Assembly: GCA_050257635.1 (NCBI GenBank)
Contig: JBLMXG010000023.1
Location: 82,983 to 146,982 of the forward strand
DNA: 64,000 bases
DNA from: Chloroflexota bacterium
Lineage (GTDB): Bacteria; Desulfobacterota; Binatia; UBA9968
Reading direction: 5' to 3'
The position numbers and the translations under genes are program-made. This document shows positions 1 to 12,369 of this stretch, piece after piece (the first letter of the stretch is position 1; each line of letters starts with the position of its first letter). A model generated the notes under the pieces. It was not told the DNA's origin and searched no databases. It saw only the letters and a program-made list of their open reading frames with translations.

Positions 1-637
1 GCTGGTAAACCAGGCCAAGTTTGGGCAGGTCGGCCAGAATGTTCATGCCGCGCTTCTCCGCGATAATGCTGGCGGGCGGATTGACCACCGTGGCCTGGAC
101 TCGACCGGTCAACGTGGCGTCCACCCGCGCCGTGGTGCTGCCGATTTGGACGAGGGTTACATCTTTACCGGGAGTCAGTCCGATTTTCCCCAGCGCGAAG
201 CGGGCGATGAAGTCCGAGGCCGAGCCGAATCGGCTGATCGCCACGGTGCCGCCCTTGAGCTGCTCGGGAGTTTTTATCTCGGAGCGGGCGAGGAGGTAGT
301 AATTGAGTGAAGTGACTCCGCCGGCAATGAGCGCAGCGTCGGAGCCGGCGATAACCGAATGGACGACGGCGGGGCCGGCCAATTGAGCGATCGGCGTGTC
401 GGCGGACACCAGCGCCATCACCGCGGTAGTGCCGCCGGTGAAGAACACCAACTGCACATCGAGGCCGTTTTTCTCAAAAATTCCGGCGTCCTTGGCCACC
501 CACGCGGGCATGGCGTCGCCGCTGATGGCGCTGTAGCCGACATTTATTCGGGTCATCTGCGCGCCGCCATCGCCGGGCCAGATAGCCGCGGCGAACAAAA
601 AGCATGAGATCAAGACTCTCGTTCCAAGTTCTTTCAT
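1..637 (-). CDS. ABC transporter substrate-binding protein, NMT1/THI5-like (NitT/TauT type), 3' end truncated by the window edge
   Basis: Minus-strand reading frame runs off the left edge, so it has no stop in the window and is absent from the ORF track. The start is ATG at rc 635-637. The hand translation begins MKELGTRVLISCFLFAAAIWPGDGGAQMTRINVGYSAISGDAMPAWVAKDAGIFEKNGLDVQLVFFTGG, which is a signal peptide followed by a periplasmic binding fold. Confidence 0.75.
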   Translation of the reverse strand, partial: MKELGTRVLISCFLFAAAIWPGDGGAQMTRINVGYSAISGDAMPAWVAKDAGIFEKNGLDVQLVFFTGGTTAVMALVSADTPIAQLAGPAVVHSVIAGSDAALIAGGVTSLNYYLLARSEIKTPEQLKGGTVAISRFGSASDFIARFALGKIGLTPGKDVTLVQIGSTTARVDATLTGRVQATVVNPPASIIAEKRGMNILADLPKLGLVYQ

Positions 638-791
638 AAAGCGTTCCTTTCTTCCGTCTGGCGGTTCGATAAGTATGCACTTTCAGGTCGCCGGCTTCGG
701 CCGGGACGAGAAAGCGACTGTTGCTTTATCCGGCCGCGCTAGCTAAAAAATAAAGCTACCCACGTATACCGTATAATAAGGAGTGGTCAAT

Positions 792-3485
<2,694 letters not shown>

Positions 3486-3663
3486 GAAAAAAGATTCACC
3501 AAGATGGCCGGAGGGATGTAATATCTTACACCCCTGCGGCCATCGCACGAAATTTGTGACTACCCGACGCGAAGCGCTGGCGACAATCGGCAAAACATCG
3601 CTGGCGTTTTTTTTTGCCCATTCGATATTTCGCGGCGAGAGCGCGGCCGCTGAAGGGACTGCG

Positions 3664-4473
3664 ATGGCGACACCGAATTTTGTCGGCAAGTTTACCGCTA
3701 ACAATCCCGGCATTATGACGCTGCAGGGGACGAATCAATATATCGTCGGGAAAGAGACCGGCCTGGTGATCGACGTGGCCTTGAGCGCCGATTCCAACAT
3801 GGACGGCATTATCGAACAGGCCGAGGCCATGGGGGTCAAGAAGATCGACAAGATTCTGCTCACCCATATTCACAGCGACCACTGCGGCGGTGCGCTGGCG
3901 CTCAGAAAGCGCTGCGGCGCCAAGCTCGGCATTCACCGCTCGCGCAAGGGGTATCTGGGCGGGGAAGACTTTCAGTACGACGACAACGACCGGATCGCCT
4001 TCAGCGGCGGCGAACTACATGTGCTCCATACCCCGGGGCATGAGTCCGGCCACTGCTGTTTTTACGAAGGCGGCGACAAGGTTTTGTTCAGCGGCGACAA
4101 TATTCTCGGCTACGGGACAGCGGTGATTCATCCGCCCGACGGCAACATGACCGACTATATGAAAACCCTCGAACGCTTGCTCGGCTTCGACATCAGCTTG
4201 ATCCTGCCCGGTCACGGCCCGCTGATCGGCAAAGCCGAAGCGAAGATCCGCGAGTACATCCAACATCGTCTCGAGCGGGAGCAGCAGGTGCTCACCGCAA
4301 TGCGCGCCGGACGCCAGACCATCGGCGATATCACGCAGATGATCTACGTCGATGTGTCGGCGGCGCTGCAGCGGGTGGCGGAATTTTCCGTTCAGGCGCA
4401 TTTAGAGAAACTGATGCGCGAGGGGCGGGTGATGCGCGAGGGCAGCCGCTATCTGCTGACGAGCGACAATTGA
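3664..4473 (+). CDS. MBL-fold metallo-hydrolase with C-terminal winged-helix
   Basis: Carries the HxHxDH motif (THIHSDHCGG), a downstream HTPGHESGH, and a C-terminal LEKLMREGRV winged-helix-like tail. The start is uncertain: in-frame GTG 3556 would add a Tat-like TRREALATIG leader (see findings). Confidence 0.85.
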   Translation: MATPNFVGKFTANNPGIMTLQGTNQYIVGKETGLVIDVALSADSNMDGIIEQAEAMGVKKIDKILLTHIHSDHCGGALALRKRCGAKLGIHRSRKGYLGGEDFQYDDNDRIAFSGGELHVLHTPGHESGHCCFYEGGDKVLFSGDNILGYGTAVIHPPDGNMTDYMKTLERLLGFDISLILPGHGPLIGKAEAKIREYIQHRLEREQQVLTAMRAGRQTIGDITQMIYVDVSAALQRVAEFSVQAHLEKLMREGRVMREGSRYLLTSDN

Positions 4474-5846
4474 CGCGACCGCTTGCCCAAATCAAACGGC
4501 AGATCCATCGTTTCCTTTTCAATCTCTAAATCCAGCCAAGCGTCATTGGCGAGATCGATTAAACGGCCCGCCGGCGCCGCGCTGATCAGCAGCACGACCG
4601 TGCCGCGATTTTGCAGCAGCCAGCCGCGCTGGTCGCCACCGCTGGCGATCCATGGGGCATTTTTGGGCGCGGGCGAAAAATTGAAACGGATAGCGTGGCG
4701 ATGCTCGAGGACCGCACGATAGGCTTGTAAAAATTCTCGGGCTTGATTTTCCGTCGACCACGAGCTGAACCACGCCGTCGTCAGGTTGGCGCCGTCGCGA
4801 AATGCGAAGAGCCGGTCGCCGCGCCATCCCGAGGCGGTCGCGTCGGCAGATTTTTCAGGGTGGGCGCTTGCCAGCGAAGCGGCGACGGCGTCTTCGCCCA
4901 AGGATTGTTCCAAATTCGGGATTTCTTTGTAGCGGCGCAGCAATGCCGCGGGAAAATAGCGCAGCGGCGCAGCGTGCTGAAGGAAGTATTTTTCCGGATG
5001 GAGAATCTCCGCCGTGGAGACCGGCGGGTTGACATAAAGAGCGTTGACGCCCGGCCAACCCCGCGCTTTGTAGGCCCAGTAGATGAACTGGCTGCCGGCC
5101 CGGTAGGGGAGGGTCAATTGCCGGCGCATATAACCGGGTAACGCCGCCGCCAGCTTATCGACTTCCGCGGCGATTTGGGCGGAGGCCGTGAGAATCGCCG
5201 CTGACGAAGTCGTCTTGCTCGAAACCAGGGAGATCGCCGCGAGTGCCGCATCGCCGCCGGTGAGAGCGTAAAACGCGGCGCGACGGTCTTCGCTCGCCAT
5301 CGAACGGATGCGCTCGCGCCAGTTGAACTGTTGTTCTTGCAGCGCCAAGGCGATGCCCAAGGCAACAGGCAGCTCGCGCGCCGCGCGCGGATTGGCCCTT
5401 TCAAGCGGCGCGCCAAGTCTAGCCGCGCCGGGGGCGAGGCTCAAGGTGGCGGTCGCGCTGTTATAATCGATCAGCCGCAGGATATGCCGATACTCGCCCC
5501 ATGCTTTGCCAAGTTGCGCATCATTGGCTAACAGGCCGACGCTTTTGTAAGCGCGTTCGAGATCGGGAATCGGCACCGGACTCGAAAACGCGCTCTCCAA
5601 GCTTGCGGCGCCGTTGATCTCTTTCCGATTGAGTCGAATTTCTTTGGCGACCGGTAAGCCGCGCGATTGCGCGAGCGCTTGGACGAGATCCCGAAAAGCG
5701 CTCACCGAGGGCATCGGAACGGCTGAGGATTCCGGCGAAAAACAGCCTGGGAGCGCGATTGTCAGAAGAATCAGCAGCAAAAGACCGCGATCGGGTCGGA
5801 AGCGCAGCGGCGCGACGGCAATTTTTAACCGATTCGGCTCATCCAC
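4449..5846 (-). CDS. hypothetical lipoprotein (465 aa)
   Basis: Long ORF with protein-like composition and an N-terminal LLLILLTIALPGC lipobox. No family recognised. Its start abuts the rlpA stop (5846/5847). Confidence 0.7.
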   Translation of the reverse strand: MDEPNRLKIAVAPLRFRPDRGLLLLILLTIALPGCFSPESSAVPMPSVSAFRDLVQALAQSRGLPVAKEIRLNRKEINGAASLESAFSSPVPIPDLERAYKSVGLLANDAQLGKAWGEYRHILRLIDYNSATATLSLAPGAARLGAPLERANPRAARELPVALGIALALQEQQFNWRERIRSMASEDRRAAFYALTGGDAALAAISLVSSKTTSSAAILTASAQIAAEVDKLAAALPGYMRRQLTLPYRAGSQFIYWAYKARGWPGVNALYVNPPVSTAEILHPEKYFLQHAAPLRYFPAALLRRYKEIPNLEQSLGEDAVAASLASAHPEKSADATASGWRGDRLFAFRDGANLTTAWFSSWSTENQAREFLQAYRAVLEHRHAIRFNFSPAPKNAPWIASGGDQRGWLLQNRGTVVLLISAAPAGRLIDLANDAWLDLEIEKETMDLPFDLGKRSRQLSLVSR

Positions 5847-6548
5847 CTACTGCTCCATGATGATGACCGAATAGCCGGCCTGGGATATTTGCCGCGCTCG
5901 CTCTTCGGCGTCGAAGCGGCTGGAAAATTTTCCCAATTGCACCCGGTAGAAGGTGGCATCTTTGGACTGTAGCGGCGCGATCATAACGTCACCGTAGGAC
6001 TTCGCCAGACGATCGCGCAGCTGTTGTGCGTTTTCCAATCGCGCGAAAGAACCTAGCTGGAGCGTGTAGTCGAGGGAATCCCGAATGGTTTGAATTCTCA
6101 TCGGACTGTCGATCACATCGACGCGAACCAAGGCCGTGCCTGGTCCGACCATCTCGAGCAGTTGCGCCGCCGAGTAGGAGAGATCGATGATGCGTCCCTT
6201 GGCGAACGGGCCGCGATCGTTGATCGTAACTTCTGTGCTGCGGCCGTTTTCGAGGTTGGTGACCATGACTCGGGTACCGAGCGGCAGGGTTTGGTGCGCC
6301 GCGGTCAGATCGTTCTGATTATAAACATCGCCGCTGGCGGTGGCTTTGCCGTGGAAGCCTGGGCCATACCAGGAAGCGATGCCGGTCTGGCTTAGCGGCG
6401 TGGCCGGCCGCTCCGGGACACGGACCCTGCTCGGCGGGATCGAACAGCCGGCAGCGAGAAGAAGCAAGAAAAGTAGCGCCGCGTTCTTAAGACGCGCCGG
6501 TATGCTAAAGCCGAGGGCTGTTGAAATTAGCGGTAGTGCGCCGCTCAT
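5847..6548 (-). CDS. rlpA: septal ring lytic transglycosylase RlpA family lipoprotein with C-terminal SPOR domain
   Basis: DPBB motif: ASWYGPGFHGKATASGDVYNQNDLTAAHQTLPLGTRVMVTNLENGRSTEVTINDRGPF. Has an LLLLAAGC lipobox and a SPOR-like C-terminus (YTLQLGSF...YRVQLGKF). Confidence 0.93.
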   Translation of the reverse strand: MSGALPLISTALGFSIPARLKNAALLFLLLLAAGCSIPPSRVRVPERPATPLSQTGIASWYGPGFHGKATASGDVYNQNDLTAAHQTLPLGTRVMVTNLENGRSTEVTINDRGPFAKGRIIDLSYSAAQLLEMVGPGTALVRVDVIDSPMRIQTIRDSLDYTLQLGSFARLENAQQLRDRLAKSYGDVMIAPLQSKDATFYRVQLGKFSSRFDAEERARQISQAGYSVIIMEQ

Positions 6549-6767
6549 CGCCGCCGAGTATAACGAAAAACGCCGGGAGAAAAAAGCAATTTGCGCTGTT
6601 CCATCGCGCCGGTGTCAATCTTCGCAAACGCCGTCCGTGCGCGCAAGGAGCGGATTGGGGCTGTCCCTACAAGGGCTGGTCCAGAGGTCATGGAGGGCGC
6701 ACTCATGGTTTACCCAGCAACGCGTTTGTGTTAGCTTACCCCCGAATTCAAAGGGAAGGCTTAGGTT

Positions 6768-7514
6768 ATGTCCGGTCATTCAAAGTGGAGCACGATCAAG
6801 CATAAGAAGGCTGCCAAGGACGCAAAACGAGGCAAGATCTTCACCAAGCTGATCAAAGAAATCACTGTTGCCGCGCGCATGGGCGGCGGCGATATCAACG
6901 CCAATCCGCGCCTGCGCACGGCGGTGCTGACCGCGCGCAGCAACAGCATGCCCAGCGATAACATCGAGCGGGCGATCAAAAAGGGGACGGGTGAGCTCGA
7001 GGGAGTGACTTACGAAGAGGTCCAGTATGAAGGCTATGGGCCGGGCGGTGCGGCGATCATTGCGCAGGTTGTGACCGACAACAAAAATCGCACGGTTTCG
7101 GAGATTCGTCGGTTGTTCACGAAGCACGGTGGCAACCTGGGTGAAACCGGTTGCGTCTCCTGGATGTTCGATAACAAGGGACTGATTACGGTCGAGAAAT
7201 CGCAGGTGGACGAAGAGCGGCTGATGGGGATTGTTCTCGACGCGGGAGCTGAAGACGTCCGCGAGGAGGATGACCTTTTCGAAGTCGTGACCTCGCCGGA
7301 AGCCTGCGCCGCGGTCAAGGATCGTCTGGATCAGGAGAAGATCGCCGTGGCCAGTGCCCAGGTGACGCTCGTGCCGAAGAATACCGTTGACGTTGACGCA
7401 AAGCATGTCGAGCAGATTTTGAAGCTCACCGAAGAACTGGAAGATCATGACGACGTACAGAGCGTTTCGGCTAATTTCAATATTCCCACCGAACTGATGG
7501 AGAAGGCGAGCTGA
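6768..7514 (+). CDS. yebC: YebC/PmpR family DNA-binding transcriptional regulator
   Basis: Begins [28 protein letters not shown], the canonical YebC N-terminus. Sits upstream of ruvC as in many bacteria. Confidence 0.96.
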   Translation: MSGHSKWSTIKHKKAAKDAKRGKIFTKLIKEITVAARMGGGDINANPRLRTAVLTARSNSMPSDNIERAIKKGTGELEGVTYEEVQYEGYGPGGAAIIAQVVTDNKNRTVSEIRRLFTKHGGNLGETGCVSWMFDNKGLITVEKSQVDEERLMGIVLDAGAEDVREEDDLFEVVTSPEACAAVKDRLDQEKIAVASAQVTLVPKNTVDVDAKHVEQILKLTEELEDHDDVQSVSANFNIPTELMEKAS

Positions 7515-7518
7515 ACCA

Positions 7519-8109
7519 GTGGCGCCGACGCTAAAGAGCAGCGCCAGGCGGCTCCATCGCGAAATCATCCTCGGCATCGATCCCGGCTCGCTCGTCACTG
7601 GTTGGGGGCTTGTGGAAATCGACGCTAATCGGTTGCTTTACCGTTGCCACGGAACCATCGGCACCTCGGCCTCGCTTGGCCTCGCCGAACGTTTAAGCCA
7701 GATCTATCGTGGCCTTCAGGAAGTCATCGAGCGTTACCAGCCGACGGCGGTGAGCCTGGAAAAAGTATTTTTTTCCCGTAATGTCCAGAGCGCGCTCAAG
7801 CTCGGCCAAGCGCGCGGCGTGGCCCTGCTGGCGGCGGCGGAAAATCATCTCAGTGTCGCCGAATACTCCGCGGCAGAAATCAAGCTGGCTGTGGTTGGCT
7901 ATGGTCAAGCGACCAAGGAGCAAGTGCAAAAGATGGTCGGCGCGTTGTTGTGTTTGCGAGGCTCGATGCGCGCGGATGCCGCCGACGCATTGGCGGCGGC
8001 GATCTGCCATATCCACCGGCGTCGGTTTCACACCCTGATCGGCCCGTCGGCGCACGGCCGTGCCAAGGTGGCGAGTTGGCGCGACTATAACGAAAAGGCG
8101 TCGCGGTGA
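7519..8109 (+). CDS. ruvC: crossover junction endodeoxyribonuclease RuvC
   Basis: ILGIDPGS catalytic Asp motif and a C-terminal DAADALAAAICH motif. GTG start; no alternative start lies before the ILGIDPG motif. Confidence 0.94.
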   Translation: MAPTLKSSARRLHREIILGIDPGSLVTGWGLVEIDANRLLYRCHGTIGTSASLGLAERLSQIYRGLQEVIERYQPTAVSLEKVFFSRNVQSALKLGQARGVALLAAAENHLSVAEYSAAEIKLAVVGYGQATKEQVQKMVGALLCLRGSMRADAADALAAAICHIHRRRFHTLIGPSAHGRAKVASWRDYNEKASR

Positions 8110-8154
8110 TGAGATCTGCGGGAAGAGCGTTTCGTTGTTTTTTTCGATCTTAAA

Positions 8155-8748
8155 GTGATTGCACAAATCAGCGGCAGATTGGCCGAAAAGATTCCCGGTG
8201 AAATTGTCGTCGACGTTGGCGGAGTGGGCTACCAAGTTTTTATCCCGCTCAACGTGTTTTATCGGCTCCCCGATGTCGGGGCGCCGGTGAAGCTGCAAAT
8301 CTTCACCCATGTTCGTGAAGACGCGATTCAGCTATTTGGCTTTCAAGACGCCGGTGAAAAGCGGCTGTTTTTGCTCTTGCTCGGCGTCTCGGGGATCGGT
8401 CCAAGGCTCGCGGTCAATATTTTATCGGGCATCCCCGCGGAAGAATTAGCGCGGGCTTTGAAAGAAGGCGATGAGATTCGTCTGGTGGCGATACCTGGCG
8501 TCGGCAGGAAGCTCGCCGAGCGCATGATTGTCGAGCTCAAAGATAAATTCGCCACCTTGGCGCCGGCCGCGGCGGGGAGCGCGAAGCCCGACGAGGGATC
8601 GCAGCTGGCGATGGATGCGGTTTCAGCGCTGGTGAATTTGGGTTATAAAAAAGCTGAGGCGGAAAAAATGGTCCGCGAGGTGCTCCAGAGGGGCGAGAGC
8701 TCCCTCGAGAATGTCCTGAAAGAAACGCTGCGGCGCATCGGCCCGTAA
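8155..8748 (+). CDS. ruvA: Holliday junction branch migration protein RuvA
   Basis: [10 protein letters not shown]-terminus and HhH motifs ([22 protein letters not shown]). Lies between ruvC and ruvB. Confidence 0.95.
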   Translation: MIAQISGRLAEKIPGEIVVDVGGVGYQVFIPLNVFYRLPDVGAPVKLQIFTHVREDAIQLFGFQDAGEKRLFLLLLGVSGIGPRLAVNILSGIPAEELARALKEGDEIRLVAIPGVGRKLAERMIVELKDKFATLAPAAAGSAKPDEGSQLAMDAVSALVNLGYKKAEAEKMVREVLQRGESSLENVLKETLRRIGP

Positions 8749-8752
8749 GGCG

Positions 8753-9808
8753 TTGCGCCGAATTCGGGCCGAGCTGGTTCTCATGCTGAGCGGCAACAAA
8801 ACCGAAGACGATCTAACCTACGAAATCAACCTTCGTCCGCGCGCCTTCGACGAATACGTCGGCCAGGAGCAGGTCAAGGCCAACCTCAAAGTCGCGATCG
8901 CAGCGGCGCGCAAACGCGGGGACGTGCTCGACCATCTGTTGTTTCACGGCCCGCCGGGGCTTGGGAAAACTTCGCTGGCATACATCATTGCGCGTGAAAT
9001 GGGCGTTAACATTAGGGCTACTTCAGGTCCGGTGGTGGAGCGTCCGGGCGACCTGGCGGCGCTGCTGACCAATCTCGAAGAAGGAGATATTCTTTTTATC
9101 GACGAGATTCATCGCCTGAACCATGTCGTCGAGGAAGTGCTCTATCCGGCGATGGAGGACTACCAGATCGATATCATGATCGGCCAGGGGCCGGCGGCGC
9201 GCTCCATCAAACTGGATCTCAAGCGGTTCACTTTGATTGGAGCCACCACCCGCTCCGGGTTGTTGACTTCCCCGTTGCGCGATCGCTTCGGCCATATTCA
9301 CCGTTTGGATTTTTACGACAGTGCGGCGTTGTCACTGATCCTCAAGCGCTCGGCCGCGATTCTCGGAGTGCGCGAGCAAAACGACGGCATCGCCGAGATT
9401 GCCTCGCGCTCGCGGGGCACGCCGCGCATCGCCAATCGATTGTTGCGCCGCGTGCGCGACTATGCCCAGGTCAAAGGAGACGGTACGATCACCAAGGCGG
9501 TGACCGACGAAGCGCTGCGGTTGCTAGAAGTCGATCGACTCGGCTTGGACAAGATGGATACAATGTTACTGCTCACCCTGATCGACAAGTTCGCCGGCGG
9601 ACCGGTCGGGGTAGAAACACTGGCCGCGGCTATCGGCGAAGATAAGGATACCATCGAAGACGTTTACGAGCCGTTTCTTATTCAGGCCGGTTTTATTCAG
9701 CGGACGCCGCGCGGCCGGGTCGCCACGCGGCTGGCTTTCAATCACTTCGGGCGCGAGTTGAACAGTCCCGCGAGCAGCGTGGCAAGAAAGCAACCGACGC
9801 TCTTTTAG
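8753..9808 (+). CDS. ruvB: Holliday junction branch migration DNA helicase RuvB
   Basis: Walker [12 protein letters not shown], Walker [11 protein letters not shown], and [15 protein letters not shown]. The start could instead be ATG 8783. Confidence 0.96.
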   Translation: MRRIRAELVLMLSGNKTEDDLTYEINLRPRAFDEYVGQEQVKANLKVAIAAARKRGDVLDHLLFHGPPGLGKTSLAYIIAREMGVNIRATSGPVVERPGDLAALLTNLEEGDILFIDEIHRLNHVVEEVLYPAMEDYQIDIMIGQGPAARSIKLDLKRFTLIGATTRSGLLTSPLRDRFGHIHRLDFYDSAALSLILKRSAAILGVREQNDGIAEIASRSRGTPRIANRLLRRVRDYAQVKGDGTITKAVTDEALRLLEVDRLGLDKMDTMLLLTLIDKFAGGPVGVETLAAAIGEDKDTIEDVYEPFLIQAGFIQRTPRGRVATRLAFNHFGRELNSPASSVARKQPTLF

Positions 9809-9862
9809 TTGGGCCAAACAACCGAAACGATGGATATGCAATCAATCTAAAGCCGTAAATCG

Positions 9863-10075
9863 ATGGCCGGATTCGGCAAAATTTTTATTTACCTCGGATT
9901 ATTGCTGGTGGTCGTCGGAGTGATTTTTTCGTTCGCCGGCAAATTGCCCTGGCTCGGCCATTTGCCGGGGGATATTTCGATCCAGCGCGAGGGTTACTCT
10001 TTTTACTTTCCGATCACCACTTGCATCCTAATCAGCGCCATCATTTCGCTTGTTCTTTACTTCTTTAGAAGGTAA
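9863..10075 (+). CDS. DUF2905 family small membrane protein
   Basis: 70 aa with two TM segments and the LPGDI motif (KLPWLGHLPGDISIQREGYSFYFPITTCI). Typical position after ruvB. Confidence 0.85.
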   Translation: MAGFGKIFIYLGLLLVVVGVIFSFAGKLPWLGHLPGDISIQREGYSFYFPITTCILISAIISLVLYFFRR

Positions 10076-10116
10076 ACTTTTCCTTAATTTTCTAGCCTCT
10101 TAGCACAATAAAGCCG

Positions 10117-12348
10117 ATGCAAGTCGCGAATTCTGCTACGTTCGTCGAAGAAACTCTCAAACGGGAGGAAAGCAAGCGCCGCAAACGCGAAGCGATCGTC
10201 ATCCTAATTACCGCGTTGATGGTGGGCGCGCTCATCTACTTCGAAGTTCAGCTCCCCGACGTCTCGCCGGAATATTCTACCGGCAGCAACATCATCTTTT
10301 TCCTGTTGATCAACGTCAACATTATTCTTCTCGGGCTGCTGGTTTTCCTAGTCGTCCGCAATTTGATCAAGCTGGTGGTCGAACGCAAGCAGCGCATTCT
10401 CGGATCGCGCCTGCAAGTGCGTTTGGTCTTGGCTTTTGTGTCGCTCTCTCTGGTTCCAAGCGTCTTGTTGTTTGCCCTCGCCGGTGGCTTGTTGACCCGC
10501 TCCTTCGACCGTTGGTTCGATTCCAAGGTGGAAAGCGCGCTGCAGGGGTCGTTGGAAATCGGCCAGACCTACTATCAAAATTCGGCGAACAACGCGATTT
10601 TCTACGCCCGACAACTGAGCCGGCGAATTAGCGATGAGGGGCTCCTCGAAACCCGCCGCGCAGCGGAGCTCAAAGCGTTCGTTCAAGCCAAACAGCGCGA
10701 ATACAATCTCGGTACAGTCGAAGTGTTCGCGCCCGACGGGCAGGCTTTCGTGGCCGCGTTCAACCGGCAGGTGCCGACCGGCATGGTCATCAAGCCGGAG
10801 GGTGAATTTCTCAACCGGGCGCTGCGAGGCCTGGAAGTGACGCGCACCGAAGTTTTTGGCGACGGCGACGTCATCCGGGGCGGTGTGCCGCTCTACGACC
10901 GTGATCGACGAATTCGCGGCGTGGTGGTGGTGGACTACTATGTGCCGAAGAGCATTTCCAAGCGCGCGGTGCAGATCTCGCAATCTTACGAGCAATACAA
11001 GTATCTTACCTTTCTCAAGACGCCGGTGAAAAATAGCTACATCTTGACCATGCTGTTGATCACCCTGGTGATTATTTTTGCGGCGACCTGGTGCGGTATC
11101 TATCTTTCCAAGGGAATTACCGTGCCGATCCAAAAGCTTGCCGAGGGCACCCATGAAGTCGCGCAGGGCAACTGGGACTACCGGATCGAGTCGGGCCGCG
11201 ACGACGAAATCGGCGTGCTGATGAATGCGTTCAACCAGATGACCGGGGATCTGAAGCAAATCAAGCTGGAGCTCGAGCGGCGCGGCACGGTGGTCGAGAC
11301 ACTGCTTGCCAACATCGCGGCGGGCGTTGTCTCAGTCGATCCGGCGGGCAAGATCACCACATGGAACAAAGCCGCCGAGCAAATTCTGGGAGTTCAAGCC
11401 GATCACGCATTGGGGAAAAGGTATCGCGAGGTTTTCCACGCCGAGACATTGCGCGAGATCCGCGAGATTCTCGACAGCGTGGTGGGACGCGGAAGCGTCG
11501 AAAGAGAAATTAAACTTTCGTTGCAAGATCGGTTGCTGACTCTTTTAGTGAGCGCGGCGACGCTGCGCGAAGACGACGGCTCGATCTTGGGCGTGATGTT
11601 GTTTCTCGACGACATCACTCAGATTCAAAAGGTGCAGCGCATGGAAGCCTGGCGCGAAGTTGCCCGGCGCATCGCCCACGAAATCAAGAATCCGCTGACG
11701 CCGATCCAGCTTTCGGCCGAGCGTCTCCGCAAACGCTACGCTAAAATGCTTGAAGGGGACGGCGCTGTCCTGGACAAATGCACGACAACGATCATCCAGC
11801 AGGTCGAAGAGCTCAAAAATCTCGTCAACGAATTTTCTCAGTTTGCGCGCTTGCCGTCGGCGCGATTGGCGTCGAACGATCTCAACGGCATTGTCCGGGA
11901 CGCTCTGGTTTTGTTTAAAGAAGGGCACCACGGCGTTCAGTTTCATTTCGGCGGCGGGCTGATCCCGCCGCTCGAATTGGACCGCGAACAGATCAAGCGC
12001 GTTTTGATCAATCTGCTGGACAATGCGGTGGCAGCGGTGGGGGGACAAGGCGAGGTCAAATTGGCGACGGCCTATGACCCGCAACGGGGCGTCGTTACCC
12101 TGGAAGTGGCCGACGATGGATGCGGCTTGCTCCCGGAGATTCGCACGAAAATTTTCGAGCCGTATTTTTCGACCAAGGAGAACGGCACGGGCCTAGGACT
12201 GACCATCGTCAGCCAGATCATTGAAGACCACCGGGGATATATCCGCGCCTGGCCCAACGAGCCTAGAGGGAGCCGCTTTATCATCGAACTGCCTGTGAGC
12301 GCAGACGCGGGCGTCGAAGAGACGGTCAAGAAGACCGCGCAGCTGTAA
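10117..12348 (+). CDS. ntrY: NtrY-type sensor histidine kinase (TM-HAMP-PAS-HisKA-HATPase)
   Basis: N-terminal TM bundle, HAMP (DDEIGVLMNAFNQMT), PAS (TTWNKAAEQILG), H-box AHEIKNPLTPIQLSAERLRKRY (the NtrY signature), N-box LLDNAV, and G-box DDGCG...GTGLGL. Confidence 0.92.
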   Translation: MQVANSATFVEETLKREESKRRKREAIVILITALMVGALIYFEVQLPDVSPEYSTGSNIIFFLLINVNIILLGLLVFLVVRNLIKLVVERKQRILGSRLQVRLVLAFVSLSLVPSVLLFALAGGLLTRSFDRWFDSKVESALQGSLEIGQTYYQNSANNAIFYARQLSRRISDEGLLETRRAAELKAFVQAKQREYNLGTVEVFAPDGQAFVAAFNRQVPTGMVIKPEGEFLNRALRGLEVTRTEVFGDGDVIRGGVPLYDRDRRIRGVVVVDYYVPKSISKRAVQISQSYEQYKYLTFLKTPVKNSYILTMLLITLVIIFAATWCGIYLSKGITVPIQKLAEGTHEVAQGNWDYRIESGRDDEIGVLMNAFNQMTGDLKQIKLELERRGTVVETLLANIAAGVVSVDPAGKITTWNKAAEQILGVQADHALGKRYREVFHAETLREIREILDSVVGRGSVEREIKLSLQDRLLTLLVSAATLREDDGSILGVMLFLDDITQIQKVQRMEAWREVARRIAHEIKNPLTPIQLSAERLRKRYAKMLEGDGAVLDKCTTTIIQQVEELKNLVNEFSQFARLPSARLASNDLNGIVRDALVLFKEGHHGVQFHFGGGLIPPLELDREQIKRVLINLLDNAVAAVGGQGEVKLATAYDPQRGVVTLEVADDGCGLLPEIRTKIFEPYFSTKENGTGLGLTIVSQIIEDHRGYIRAWPNEPRGSRFIIELPVSADAGVEETVKKTAQL

Positions 12349-12369
12349 GCGGATTGTCGAGGAGGGTTA

